64,000 bases of DNA from Phoronis australis (taxonomy: Eukaryota; Animalia; Phoronida): contig NMRA01000044.1 of the NCBI GenBank assembly GCA_002633005.1, positions 716,074 to 780,073 of the forward strand, written 5' to 3'. A program made the translations under genes and the position numbers. Below are positions 1-12,744 of this stretch, piece by piece. Below the pieces are notes generated by a model. It worked only from the letters and a program-made list of their open reading frames with translations. It did not search any database and was not told where the DNA came from. Within the stretch, counting starts at the first letter, position 1. Every line of letters begins with the position of its first letter.

Positions 1-48
1 AATACTCTGCCCTGTTCCCCCCAACTCAAAATCCTGGATCAGCCCAAC

Positions 49-317
49 GGGCGGATCCAGGATTTTGAGTAAGGTTGGGCCAGGGCACAGGAATAACCAG
101 GAGTTAGCGACATGTGAGCGCCCAGTCTAATGTAGGTATGCGGGGGTCTCGAATTTTTGGGTTTGTGGACCTTATTACTAAAAATAACGTAAACGGTAAA
201 AAGGGTTTGTTCAAGGGGCACATGCTAGTCAGCAATTCGCACCCCGAACTGCAAAATGGTATCTGGGAGAATTTTAGGGGGCCGTGACCCCCGTGGCCTC
301 CTCTAAATTCGCCACTG
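49..317 (+). mobile_element. Short GGCGGATCC...CGCCACTG MITE-like element
   Basis: Termini gggcggatccag / ctaaattcgccactg; same family as 50979-51137 and the reverse copy at 1-45. Confidence 0.65.
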
Positions 318-1193
318 TGCCCCTGGTAGTACAATATACGAGTATAGAGTCCCTGTTGATAGACGATGTTTTTCTTATGGCAATGAAAAACCACAAATAG
401 TTTTGCAATCCAAGTCCAAAGTCTGAAAACTGCCAGCAGGTAGAAATTCAACTCAAGGCCATCGAGTGTCAAATAGGGTCTATCCAACCCCAATAACATT
501 ACACTCTTTTTCAGTTACAGCATTGATAGACCTAGGGCTAGGGCTAGCAGTAGCCTTGGTACAAATCTGTATACTAAATATACTACCCTGGCTGTGTAAA
601 TTTCGGGGTCTATTGCAGAAAAACACACAGTGGTACCTAGCTGTATTTTGACGGCGATAGTCTTCATACCGCTAGCTGGGCTAGGGTACCACAACAGACT
701 CGACTCGAGCACAACGATTACTATCGAATTCAGTACGTAATTTTCCTACAGGTACTGGTTTCATCTAATTCTAATTCGTAATAGTTAGACTGTTCAGCTC
801 ATACAGTGAGCAATATTGTCATTAAAATGTTCAAGAAACGAATAAATTACCTGGTTAAGGCGAACTTCTCTTCTTCGAAGCAGTACCGGAAAAAACCGAG
901 TTGCCGAAAGGTCAAACCGCACAGCATTATGGGCAACATTCGTTTATTTTGATCACGTAGATTTTAAGAAAATAAAAAATAAAAGAAAAAATATGTACAG
1001 GCAGTAGATCGACCCCATAATTACGAAAAATTCTAATTAAGTGCCAGAGAGTATGTTTCAATGGTTTTTATGCAGATTCACGATGTTTTTAAAACGTTTA
1101 AAAACGGATCGTATGACTTTAAGGTGCAATACTGCCTTCTTGAATGTGTCAACATATTCCACAAAATGATAAAATCCATTGACACAGATAAAT

Positions 1194-2063
1194 ATAGATT
1201 ATTACATGGCGAAGTCGTTATCCCCCGTTATCTAGAGCCCGAGTGGATTTTGGAGAATTATCGCCCGAGCGGCGTTAGCCCCGAGGGTGATAATTCTCCA
1301 AAATCCACGAGGGGTCTAGATAAGGGGGATAACGGCTGAGAACATGGAATAATCTATCTATACCACATTCTAAACGAGAAACATTGCAATGAATCGATTT
1401 ACCTTTTCTGACTCTCCACGGCTTTGTAACTACTTTCTATGTCAGAGGCCCGGGGTCGGAGGCCCTGACCTTTTAAGAAAAGCCCGGCTATTTTTGTCAA
1501 ATAATGCTTTTACTCAAAACCAGTTGAAAACTTAAATATTATAGAAATAAATTGAAATTATAAATTAAGGTTTACCAACTATTATAGCTTAAAACACGTT
1601 TTTTTTTCACGCTAAGCTTCGACCGGGAAATTATCGTCTACTAAAGTAGGTTACCACTGGTAACTGAATATAATTCTCAAGTCAAAGATCCTGACGACAC
1701 GATACCCGCATTCAAACTAGAGATCGGTGATTTACAAGTAAGAGGACATAAGAGAAAAGTTTCATCGAATTAAGATATCATTTTTATGGAAATTATGTGT
1801 GTTATTTTTCGTAGCGTATAAGTACAGTACAATGCGGTTTGTTGAACGTGCGATTATTGCGCGTGCTCATTTAAGAATTCTATTTTTCTTGATGACGTCA
1901 GTCCCTGCGTGGTGTAGTGGTAAAGTCGGCGACCAGCAATATTAGGGTCCCGGGTTCGACCCCGTCCTCGGTTTCCCGCCAAATCGTTATCTCACTAGTG
2001 AGATAACTTTATGGGTTATTACACGGTTGTATCTGCCATTTGACGCTAATATTGTGGTATAAA
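1194..2063. mobile_element. Non-autonomous element with a ~165-bp terminal palindrome, short inverted repeats and a tRNA-like segment
   Basis: Hairpin 1194-1357 (gtggattttggagaattatc / gataattctccaaaatccac, etc.); tataccaca 1359-1367 vs tgtggtata 2053-2061; A-box/B-box tRNA-like stretch 1903-1972. Confidence 0.6.
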
Positions 2064-2582
2064 CGACATTTATACTCGATAAATGCGTCGAACATCTACA
2101 GGTCTTTCTGACATTGACTTGAGTGGATTGCAGATACCAGTGCCACATTGCGACTTTAAAATCTTAAAAGAAGGTTTATTATCACAAGGCAACCCAAAGA
2201 ATGCTTAACGTTTAGTACTCTTTTTAATGTATAATTATTGCGGTTACGCCAAGAAAGTGCTAGAAAGTACATTATATCTGGGCGTAAGGAACTTAAAAAG
2301 TTTGACGCCATTGCACGACCTAAAAAATTTTCTCAAGAATGCCTTGCGAATTGAACGGTGTCGCACGAACATCGTAAGAAGGCTCTAAACCAATACGATT
2401 TTTTTTCAAAGGTCTCAATTGTTGATCAGTCTTAAAAAGTTTATTAAAGTATCTTGTAGTTTCATTTCGCAAGATGCCCCTCACGATTTTTCTTTGGTAT
2501 ATTATTACCCAATTACTATCGTGTCAATTTATTCGAAATGTCGCAGAGAACATTAGTTCGTGTATTCCAAATACAACCCCAA

Positions 2583-5500
2583 TTAAACACCGCATATCAC
2601 AGAGGCTGGATATTCACAGCGGCACGATGTGGTGCTGAACAGCAGACCTGCTGGGCAGGCTTGAGTGACCGCTTTGTGTCCGACTACGAGCTGTTGAAAT
2701 GTAGAGCAGCCGCTATTTGGCACGTATTTGTTCAAAATGCCACCTATCGCCTTGGTACAGTAAAAGCGGGTGGCAGCATCTGAAAGAGGAGACAGTTCTA
2801 GAATTACAATGTCACCTACCGATTTTCTTTAAAAAAGATGAGGAATTCTAACACCTCATTAAAATTTTAAATTGAATTAAATTCCAGTTTTGCCCCTGAT
2901 CTTAAACTCCTGAAAGTTACATCACCTGATCCAATGACAATCACACTTGTCTACCTTCCATTTTGTTTGGCTTGTTAATGCACTTAAATATAACTTTGAG
3001 GGTATTTTACTCTTTTTTCAATTGGAAATTCGAAGAATCTAAAGCGACATTTTGTTATTAATTTAACTTCTGACTTACCCCGACAAATACTAGACCTAAG
3101 TGAGACAACTATTTTGTCCATTGTGCTCACTGAAAGAGAGAAGACATGTTCCGGTGTGTCACCGATGGCGGAGATCTCTTCCCTCCCATGTTGCCAACTA
3201 CTAGCACCGATAGCATACAATGATATTCCTTTTTGCCGTGCTATATCTGCGTAGTGTTTTGCTTCACTCAAGCTCGTCTGACCATTAGTCACAACAATGC
3301 CAATCTTCTTTGCATTTGCTCTACCCCCTCTTTTGGCAGTGAAGTACGTTGTATACATCTGTTCTATGATTTTTCCACTGGAGACGCTCGTGACACAGGA
3401 TTTAACAGTTTTTCTCTCCAAAGCCTGCAATTTTAATTCGCATTAAAAGCTTACCAAGCCCTGTTGTAGCCAATCAACAGATTTATCTACTACTAGATTG
3501 TTTAAAATTTGGGCAATTCCCGTACTCTGTACTTTGTTTTTTCAGTACCAAATGTAAGAAGCAAGTTTTCAAATCATTTCTGAGCCTGCTAAGTCGGCTA
3601 CATGGGCGGCGCACCATAGGGGGCAGGGGGCTATAGCCCCACTTTTTCAGTGCTACGCCGCCCATGGTCTATAGGCGGTGCACCACAGCTAGGGGTTTGT
3701 GATTCTCCGGGTTGTCCTGGTATTGAATCCCTTTATCAACACGATCCTCGTTTTCTTTCGAACTTGCAGTCGTGGGTCTCCCATTGCCACTTATTCGCGC
3801 AACAGACTCTGTGTTGCGCATTTTTGTTATAAGTCTATTTGCAAAGATACAAATTTACCCTTTTCGTGGAAACTAACTTAAGACTCTTCTTCCGCCCCAA
3901 CCTTTCTATTTAAAACGGGTTTTTCAAATTCAGGCGTCCTTACAAACCGGAATATTGGAAGAACTGATTTGGACACACATCTTACAATAAAAAATCAACT
4001 CGAGACCCAGGCAGGCATTTTACTGACATATGGCAGCACAACATGAAAACTGTAAAACTGTGAAAGACACAGTGATATTGCATTTTCACCCTGCTGTATG
4101 GAATTTCACAGTGCTTCAAAAACTTTTAATATAGATCTGAGATACTATGTAGATTTGTTGATGACACCCTGAAAATACATTGTGAAAATTTTGAAGGACT
4201 TCCGTTGGACAATTGCTGAGAAATCACTCGTCTAAAGGTGGCTCACTTTTTCAGGGCACATGATATATGCAGTTATGCACATGATACTCCGGTGATACCG
4301 CGCTTATCATGTGAATCGCTATGTGAATGATTGCAACACTACTTTGATGCGCATATTAGTTCTGTTACGATGTACATAGTAGCGATAAATATCAAGCTTG
4401 CTTGATTTTACTTTGAAAAATTAAAAATATATAGCATTAACACATCTAAATAAAACAAATAAACAAACACATAGGTGTTTAGTGGCAGAAAAATAGAAGG
4501 TTAACAAAATTTCTTGAAGGGTTTAGATGAAAAAGGCGGATATGTCTGATAATTCCTTTGCACTGAAACGTCGATTTTCTGTTCTACTCGATCTACATGT
4601 TTTGTCTGGGAAAGATGCGAGTATGTATAATTATTACAAATCTTTAAAAACGCTGTAACTTCGCCCCATTTCAGGAACCTAGGCTATGTGTCCCCCGACC
4701 TCTGCTAGGTTTACTGCCCATGTATCCCTGGCTGATGTAGGATGTCGTATGGGGAAAGGCGACGACCACAATTTTCGAAGAAAAATGTCCTCTTATGCCC
4801 TAGAAACTGACGTTATCCGCGGGTCAACTGGGCCCCTAAATCCGGCTACATGTTTATTTTTAGTATTTCTCTGCTTCTAGGCAACTTTTAAAGAAGACTG
4901 GCTTCAAAGCCGGGTTAAAAATTTAATTTTAAAATACAACGAAAAAATATATAACCGAAGCCAGGCATGTGTCACAAAAGCGTCTCTCTCGTAATGAGTT
5001 TTCATACATTCATATATAGATCAGTGGTCTTGTGCAGACTCCAACTTAAACCCCTGGAAACTGTTGATTACCATGAACAATCAGGGAACTTACGGTCAGC
5101 AACGCAGCTTTGGTTGTGTATTGGTCCAAATCAAAACACATTCCGATGTGGGGATAGGAAATGACCCCTACTTGGATCGCGTTCGGTCCAATCTCCAACC
5201 CTAACACGGTTTCGTGTAGCACCGACACTACATTTTTATAGTTGCTGTTCATGCTGCCCGAATTGTCGATCGCAATAATGACATCCGCTCGGCCACTGCA
5301 GAGGGATTCGACTGAAACACGAAAAGTGTGCACCGTCCATTACTCTCAAACGAGATTTGAAAGTTTTTAATTTGGAGCAATGTGGGTAAATGGTTTGAAA
5401 TGAAACTTTCACAGCACATTTTTCTTTAGAGTCACAGTTACAATGATTAACTCAGTAGTAATAAACCTGTGACGCATACAAATCTGCATTATTCGCAATA

Positions 5501-5596
5501 TGTGCAATTGTGACGCATTTATTTTTCCTTTAAAGACGACTCAAAATACTTACCTTGACTCACAAGAAGCAGGCCAACAACGAACGTCGCATACAT
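2583..5596 (-). CDS. Secreted VWA + chitin-binding type-2 domain protein, copy 1 (Pif97/BMSP-like minimal architecture), 267 aa
   Basis: Coding exons 5596-5554 (MYATFVVGLLLVSQ, signal peptide), 5311-5094 (VESLCSGRADVIIAIDNSGS..., VWA N-half with DxSxS), 3424-3079 (VWA C-half, RGGRANAKKIGIVVTNG...LYAIG...SSICR) and 2779-2583 (YCTKAIGG...GCSTFQQ...CPAGLLFSTTSCRCEYPASVICGV*). All introns are GT-AG, phases 1/0/1; total 804 nt, in frame. AATAAA at 2533-2528. Confidence 0.9.
3601..3666. repeat. Short CATGGGCGGCG inverted-repeat element; related copy at 55172-55300
   Basis: catgggcggcg...cgccgcccatg; it marks the truncation point of the Tc1 remnant. Confidence 0.6.
3697..4264 (-). mobile_element. 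Truncated copy of the same Tc1/mariner element in copy 1 intron
   Basis: Colinear with 22118-22674, including the TIR and the same flanking sequence, so the insertion is shared. Confidence 0.8.
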
Positions 5597-5837
5597 CTTC
5601 ACTGTGCGCAACAGGGGAGGGAAACACTGAATTTGCCGAATGTTAGTGTACTTTTCTGGTTGACTACAAACGAAAGGTATTTATCTACAGAATCATAAAA
5701 ACCCCAAATACAAATAAATCTGTGTTACTGAATCGTATTTTCAGTTAAACTGTTTTGACAAGTGGTGCAACAGCAAAGTTTTCTGCTTGTAACAAACGAT
5801 CCAAATATTCATCCATGAAATTGTAAATGAAACGTAC

Positions 5838-5904
5838 CAGTCCTTTCTTCAGCACGCAACTTTCCTGCAAGATGTAGTCACAGGGTTAGACATTTTCTTT
5901 TATA
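5838..5904 (-). promoter_or_regulatory. TATA box and short non-coding exon 1, copy 1
   Basis: TATAAAAG at 5904-5897 (minus strand); donor ggactg|gtacgt at 5838/5837; acceptor tttgtag upstream of the ATG exon. The arrangement is conserved across the four copies. Confidence 0.7.
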
Positions 5905-6094
5905 CATTCAACAAAATGTGTTCCACATGTCCCATGAGTGTCACAAGGCCCACACTTTCATCTACCACGTAAGCCAACATTTAAAACGTATTTTTAACTA
6001 CTCGTGTTCTCTAGATGACTATCATTAGCGTGTGATGTTGTGCCGATTACGTATTTTCACGAGGCTGAAATATTTATACCACATATTCAAACTT

Positions 6095-7140
6095 TGGTCC
6101 ACATTTTTGCACCAACTCCCATGCAATAACCATGTCAAGAAAGCCTACAGTAAACATGTAGGTTATTCCACGGACACATGACACGTCAATGAAAGGGATG
6201 GCTAACCATTCCAAATTTAGCCACTTCCTGTCAATTGCAGGATTTACACGTTTTCTGTCTATAATAAGCCACCCGATTTAGAACAAAACTCCTGAAACTG
6301 GTGGTACTCAGACATTTTCGATTAATTTGTGTTGCTCAAAATGTTGCCTAGCTGCGACGTCCAATAAAGAGCAAAATGATGCGTGTGTTTTCTACTGTGA
6401 AATGGTTCGATTACCTTAATCCGTTCGGAATGTTCTCCGACTAGTCTACATTTTTATAACGATAATTCCTGTATGTATATTCCGATTCTAGTATACGACT
6501 TTTGAGCGACTGACTAATACACTCTCCGACGAGCCGTTTTATTCCGGAAACCTTGTAACTTTTGCTGAATTCAGAGTATTCGCGACTTGGATAGCTACAG
6601 GTATTGTTGATAAGTCCTCTAAAATTTCATGCGATCTCGATTCGAAGATGACGTAAGTGATTAGTCACCGATAAATTGATAAAATCAATCACACATGCTA
6701 TTTTTCTGTCAATAAAATGTACATGACGTTTCAGCTCACGCTAAGATTTCTCGTGTATAGAAAGTTTAAGGGATTATTACCCCATTTTTAACACACGAGC
6801 CTTCTGCAAAGTACGTCAGCACGATTGTGCACGAGATTGTGCTGCGCAAGCACTCACACAACCCGCTGAATGTATGAACGACGTATACTTTTTTTGCCTA
6901 CAAAATGCATAAAGGAATGTGTAAAACGATGGCTTACAGTGGGCGGCAGTTTATGCATGATTTTGAAGTGGCGTTATTTGACTCCTTTTTCTGAAGCATG
7001 GGAGTGTTCATTTTTCTGAAAAATACTTCGATGAAATAAAAGACATTTCTAGGCATGTTTTCAACAACACTCAGTAGCTCAGGGATGTTGCCAATTTCTT
7101 GGAAACATATTGGTGCAAAAAGGCCACGTTGCGATCAACG
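6095..7140. repeat. ~1-kb array spacer block A (other copies ~24455-25450, ~36675-37650, ~38260-39250)
   Basis: Shared anchors such as cctgaaactggtgg, atgcaatctcg, gcaaagtacgtcagcac and ggcgttatttgactc in the same order in all four. Confidence 0.85.
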
Positions 7141-7505
7141 ACACTAACCGAGTGAACCCTTCCCTACCGGCCCGCCGGCAAGCCGACAGTACAAAAACGG
7201 TGCAAGCGCCGCCATAATGCTTGAGCGGTAAACACAGGCTTGAACACATGAAGGCAGTTAGAGGGTTGCCCACAGGAGGGCGCTTACTTATTTAACATTT
7301 GTTTTCTTTTAAACAAATTAGTATCAGATGAGTGACAGTAAATTTTCAGTTTTCATGAAAGAAAACTTAATTACCATTAGATGTATTACAGTGTAATTTT
7401 ATTTCTTAAAAAAATTTTCACCAAATTACTCATTTAAATCCGCCATTTTGAAATTTCCGTTGGAGAACACTTGAACTGTTTAGAGATTTTCTACACTTTG
7501 AAACC

Positions 7506-8457
7506 CAGTGGCGGATCTAGGATATCACAAGGGGGGCCCAACATTTTGTCTGGCTGTAAGCATTTGCGGAAACCACGATTGTAGATGCGTATAGCACCGA
7601 ATGGGGGGAGGTCGCCCAGGAAATTTTTCTGTTTTTTTCCTCTAAAAATCAAGCATTTTCCTTGATTCTTGAAGTATTATCCAAGAAAAAAGCAAAAAAA
7701 CAGAGAACTTGCCAAACAGGACAAAATGCAAGTTCCACAGACTCGAACTCACGACCTGGCAGTTAGAGCGCAATCCATGTACTTACCACTACACTACCAC
7801 GGTTTCACTACTATTCTTACTCTAAGAGACCTACTTGTTTACAATCCACAGCGTTAGCACACGAAACCTACTTCTTTTTGTAATGCTTATTACACGTTTC
7901 ATATTTTGTGCAATCAGTTCTTAACAAATTTGCTGTATTTAAAATAGTCTTCAAATGCCCAAAAGACCAAATCCGTTTTTCATGTTGGCAATAATGACGG
8001 GATTGCGTTGGAAATCGTCTTAAATTAAGGTTTGACAAAGAGAGAATTATGAGTTTCTGAGTGATTCACTAAGGCTTCGATTAAAATTCACATCTTACCA
8101 GCAGCTTCTATTTTTTCATCGTCACTCAGGTTCCATTTTCTTTAAAAATGAAGTAAATTTTCTTCAATGCAGAGTGGAGCAGACGACGGAAACGGAGTCG
8201 TAGTGCGAAGTGCTACTGCCGGTCGCCTGGGATATCGCGGGAGAGCCTATACTTAGCCATAGTTTCGTTACGAATGCGCCGTGTTCTGAATTTGACAATT
8301 GAAATTGGATCTGAGCCCCCCCNAACACTAAAACTGCACACATTTAAATCTTGTTTCATCCGTATAATTTTAATCACCGGGGTTAATTAATAAACTCAAC
8401 ATTTCCCTACGCTCTTGCTGTTTTATTTTTTGCGGCAGCCCCCTAAATCCGCCTATG
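7506..8457. mobile_element. MITE-like element with related termini, containing a tRNA-like segment
   Basis: cagtggcggatctagg ... cctaaatccgcctatg. Minus-strand tRNA-like stretch 7800-7732 (tagtgtagtggtaag...gagttcgagtc). Confidence 0.5.
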
Positions 8458-8787
8458 TACCAACTTGTGTGACAGAATAGTGAAGGATTTTGACAGTGAA
8501 TATGAGATATCTGGTCAGTTTCATATTTGTTTGTTTTGAATGCCGTGCCAATGTCTGTAAGAGTACAGATTATTCCTCAGACGTTCTCAGCTTCTGCTCG
8601 TCTCCAAACCCAATACAAATTACAATATACTACAAGATATGACACTAGGGATTAAGAGGTTCCGCGAGTGTTTCACTTCATCCGACCATATCAAACACAA
8701 AACTCGGAATAAATGTACGTAAAACGGGTCTAGCAAACCACGAGTAACTGTTATTTCTTCTGATAGCATTTACGTACGTAGCCTTGG

Positions 8788-10261
8788 TAGGGTGAGCGAA
8801 GCAAAATACAAATGTCATCAGAAACACTTGAAAAAGTTCTAAATGGTAGCTCTAGACATGCCATTTATACGAGAACAAAAACAATTGAAAAAATAACCAT
8901 CGACTTGGCTTTTTTGACTTGTGACAGGACATTTTTGAACCTGAAACGAGATTTTTTGAAAAAGAGAGCAAATTATTACCTTGAAAGTTACAGAACACTT
9001 CAAGAATTACTATGGTTCAGTAAAAAGCTTCTTTTATTCCAAACGATTTTAAAACAGTTCTAAAAAATGAAATTTGCATAACAAATGAATTCAAAAAGAG
9101 CAAAAACCAGAAACCTACTAGTCTTTTTCAGAGTATTTCAATATTTATTTAAAAACCTATGAGTTTATGTGATTTATTCTTTTTTCCCAATTAAGATCAA
9201 TGTTTTCTCAATCTTATGTTGCACACTTTATGATAAAAATGATAATTTGCATTTTTCTATAAACAAAATTAAATTGGACCATAAAATTTCAACGAACTAT
9301 TAACCAATTTCATTCCTATCAAATAATATAGGAACTGAAGGTGTTGTTTTGGTAACCATCCAAAAAGAGCATATTCGTATTCTAAAATGTTTTGATGCAC
9401 TAAAGAGTTGACTGAACAATTATTTTAGTACAAAACGTACTTTTCTAAAAATGAAACTGATCACAGCGCCACCACGAGGTAGAAAAGATGTAACAAAAAT
9501 GGTTTTGAAGAAAATTACAAAGACTGACTTTTTCCCAAAAACTGAAGTTAAATTGAACTTTAAAAGCATTCTGTACTATTTTGATGAGAATATTTTACCA
9601 ATTGGGACACTTTTCGTAATCTAGAGAAGTTTTGACATTTTTGATATTTGACCAATCAGGTTCGAGTGCAGTTTGAACCCTGGAAAGGTCAAATTGTTCT
9701 TGAAAAGTGAGTTTACATTTTAGAAGCGTTCCTTAATAGAAATGGTGTGATAAAGTGACAAATGTGATGAGGAATGGATTAGGACATGATTGGTGATTAT
9801 GACAATGAGTGTACATTTTCAGGATTTTTCCAGGTGAGAAAGTGACGAGGCTGTAAATAAAAATACATTTTGTCATATTTTATCGAAAAAAATGAAACAT
9901 TTACACTCATGTTTGAAAGCAGAATTTTTTAGGAAATAGTTTGATATAAACATTATTAAAATCCGTTCAGTAACGGCCATTTAGCAGCTGAAAATTTGAC
10001 CCCCGCTGTAAGTCACAAAAATTTACAGGTGTGTGAGAAATGTGTGAAGTGCTCGCATCACCTCAATTTTCAAAAAAAATTATTAATGTCCCCATTTGTT
10101 GTAATGGATATCGATAGAAAGAAGAAAGCTTAAATATTTCGCTGGTATACTTTTCACTTTCCACCACTTAGCTTGCGAATAGATATGACCTTGTGAAAAT
10201 CATGAAAAATGGCAAAATTTCGCTCTTGCTGAATTTTGGCCATATTGGTTTGCTCAGCCTA
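8788..10261. mobile_element. Possible non-autonomous DNA transposon
   Basis: Degenerate TIRs tagggtgagcgaagcaaaata / tattggtttgctcagccta; AT-rich non-coding interior. Confidence 0.35.
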
Positions 10262-10760
10262 GCCTAGGCAATTACATAGTAGCCTAGGCAATTACATCGC
10301 CCTGGATGCCACAGGTATTCAGGGGCGATAGCACATCCCCAAAAAGTTACGAATTTCACATGAACCTCTTATTAACACATACCATAAGTCTGGACACTAT
10401 TCACTTAACATAATTTGAACGAAGCGGCTTGCTCGAGTTTCCCTTACCGGGTGCCAATTTTGAGCAACTGCGACAGATTTTCATCGATTTGTTCAAATTA
10501 TCTTAACTGAATCTGTATTTTGGAATTCTTAACTTCTTGTGGGGATGTACGTACGCCCCTGTATGCCTGCAACATCCAAGGTGATGCAGTTGCCTAGCAA
10601 TTAAGGTGCCCTGCTTCATCGAGTTCACAACAAATTCGCGATCAAAGCATAAAAATCTTCCCAAAAAGCCAATGCGTACCGTCATGGAAATCGCGAATTC
10701 GTTGCGGAATGTCAGAACATTAATAACTCCTCATTTATCCAGACCAGTTTTTGTGTGAAG

Positions 10761-10855
10761 TGAAGCACTCGTGGAATTCCTAGTTCCGAGTGTCATGCAT
10801 TGTGGTATTATAGTGTATTGGGGATGATCAGAAGTTGAGGATGCCTGTGATTTAA
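10761..10855. mobile_element. Terminal fragment of the same foldback MITE family
   Basis: gaagcactcgtggaattcctag...gtgtattggggatgatcagaagttgaggatgcctgtg matches 58987-59077. Confidence 0.7.
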
Positions 10856-11101
10856 ACCACAGGCCGAAGAATTTCCCTAAGTTAACCACTAAAGAAACAT
10901 AAAGGTTGGATACTAAAACTTTGCCAAGCCTAGGTTTCCAGTTTCAACAGTTCTAAATCCAGCTGTGTCCACCTCCCTAAGATTGGTTTTACATAAGCAG
11001 GGATATTCCTGACCATATTTGAACCTGTGCCCTTTGGGTGCCCCTAATGATATAAAGTGTCTTTTTTCAAAACGTTGTGTCTAGCAGACTTGGTGAATTA
11101 A

Positions 11102-12744
11102 AGGGGAATGCCACCCGATTTAATTAGTCTTTTTTACCGTCTTAATCGGTCTATATCTACATCGCCTCTTATACGGTAGACCTCACCTTGCCGAGAGGCG
11201 TCGTGTTAATCTGTGGGGAAGGTGAGAAACGACGCAGCAACGTCAGTGGTTCGCCTGCAGAGTGAATGCCGCTATATTGCGGTGCATCGTTCCCGCTTGT
11301 CCGAACTATATGAAGCTGCGAAGAAAGCGGGTATGTCGATTTTTTGACTTCCTCGAGAGCCAGAAATGCTTAGGAAGTGGGTTGCGGTAGTTAAAAATGA
11401 AAGGTACGCTGTCGATAGCAAGTATGAGGCCGTCAAACATCTCCGTGTCTGTGGCCGGCATTTCGTTGACAGTGATTTCTCTGACGAATTACGGCTTACC
11501 AAAGAACTATCCATCCGTTCTGTTGCCTATGCATCAGTTTTCCCGGCGCCTAGTCTCTCTTGATCAGTGTATTCCGGCTCGAACTGATATCCTGTGAAAC
11601 CTAACGATCCTACCCGTGAAGTCTTCGTCGGATGAACTCTTGACTAAGTCGAGTTGCCATGTAGACGTTTATTATTCTGCGTTCTGTTTCAAAATGAATT
11701 ATTGTCATCCTAACCAATGCTTATATAAAACTGAAACAAAGTCTGTCTCATTAGATACAATTTGTAATGTCTTGTGGTGCTCGTGAGTGCAAATGTTGTG
11801 AGAAGCCAGCAATGAATAAACCACTGCCTTACCGGCTTTTGATGCCTGCAACAAAGGTAATTGACTGGGCACCGAGCGCATGCTAATTCAGTGTGTTGGC
11901 TGACAGAAAGCTGATGTGAAACAATTACTCGATTTTATATGCTATGGTAACATGTTAGGGGAATCTTTATTTAGAAATACAAATACATTATTCACATCAT
12001 TGTTACTGTACAACCTTTGCCCTGACGGTCTGTGGAAGTGGAACCCGACTTCGCGGCCCCCGACAAGTAAGTAGATTTTCAGTTTCGTTGCTAATTCAAA
12101 TAAATAATTACGTACACATTATTCCTTCAGCTCACTATTATAGTCTTTTCGTGGCTGGAGGTTTAGTTTCCAACTCAAGCTGGTTTATGTTCGTGCCAGT
12201 CCCGGCGGCCGCGACGGGCCTCATCGGGGTCCGAGCCACTGGCCGGGATAACGAGCGTTTTGTATGTTTAGGACTAAAAAAATCACAAGTATTAACAATA
12301 CAGATCTAGATTCTCTTGTCTGTATTCCACGGAAGAATATTTGAATTTATCTCCGAACAGACCCCAAACTCCCGGCTGCTACGGGCCTTGGTAAATTGGC
12401 CTGCCGAACTTTGTAGGCTATGGTGTGTCCAAATACCAGTAAGTGCGTAACAGCGAAATAAAACAACACGTTTTTATAAGAATCGTGTATTTTAAAGGGT
12501 TCTACATCGAAGTTTGATGATTTATTGGTGTTAAACGATGAATTCAAGCAATAAGCCGACACCACTAACCCGTGTTTTGAACTGCTGAACAGACTGCGTG
12601 TGAAACCAATTACGTCATTGGATAATTTCAACACCTCCGTCTGCCGTCAGGTGTCAGGTAGCGCAACCGAACGTGCCGTTTTCGAGTAGAACTACTCGAA
12701 ATAAATTGATACAAAATAGGTTGTTTTTTGGGTGGCATTCTCCT
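11102..12744 (+). mobile_element. Kolobok-like non-autonomous DNA transposon with decayed THAP domain
   Basis: TTAA at 11098-11101 and 12745-12748; TIRs AGGGGAATGCCACCC / GGGTGGCATTCTCCT (14/15; AG...CT ends). THAP remnant ~11264-11545: RCIVPACPN.../SIF*LPREPEMLRKWVAVVK...RVCGRHFVDSDF...ASVF. Confidence 0.8.

Noticed and set aside
1903-1972. Possible tRNA gene (also 7732-7800)
   Set aside because: A and B boxes are present but the acceptor and anticodon stems do not pair well; embedded in repeats, so treated as tRNA-derived.
2538-2783. Plus-strand ORFs at 2538, 14590, 26521 and 40214 with similar translations
   Set aside because: Antisense shadows of the minus-strand chitin-binding exon, which has the splice sites and Cys motif.
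12347-12634. ORF MLKLSNDVIGF... repeated at 60259-60477
   Set aside because: Lies in a duplicated transposon end; the frames diverge between copies.
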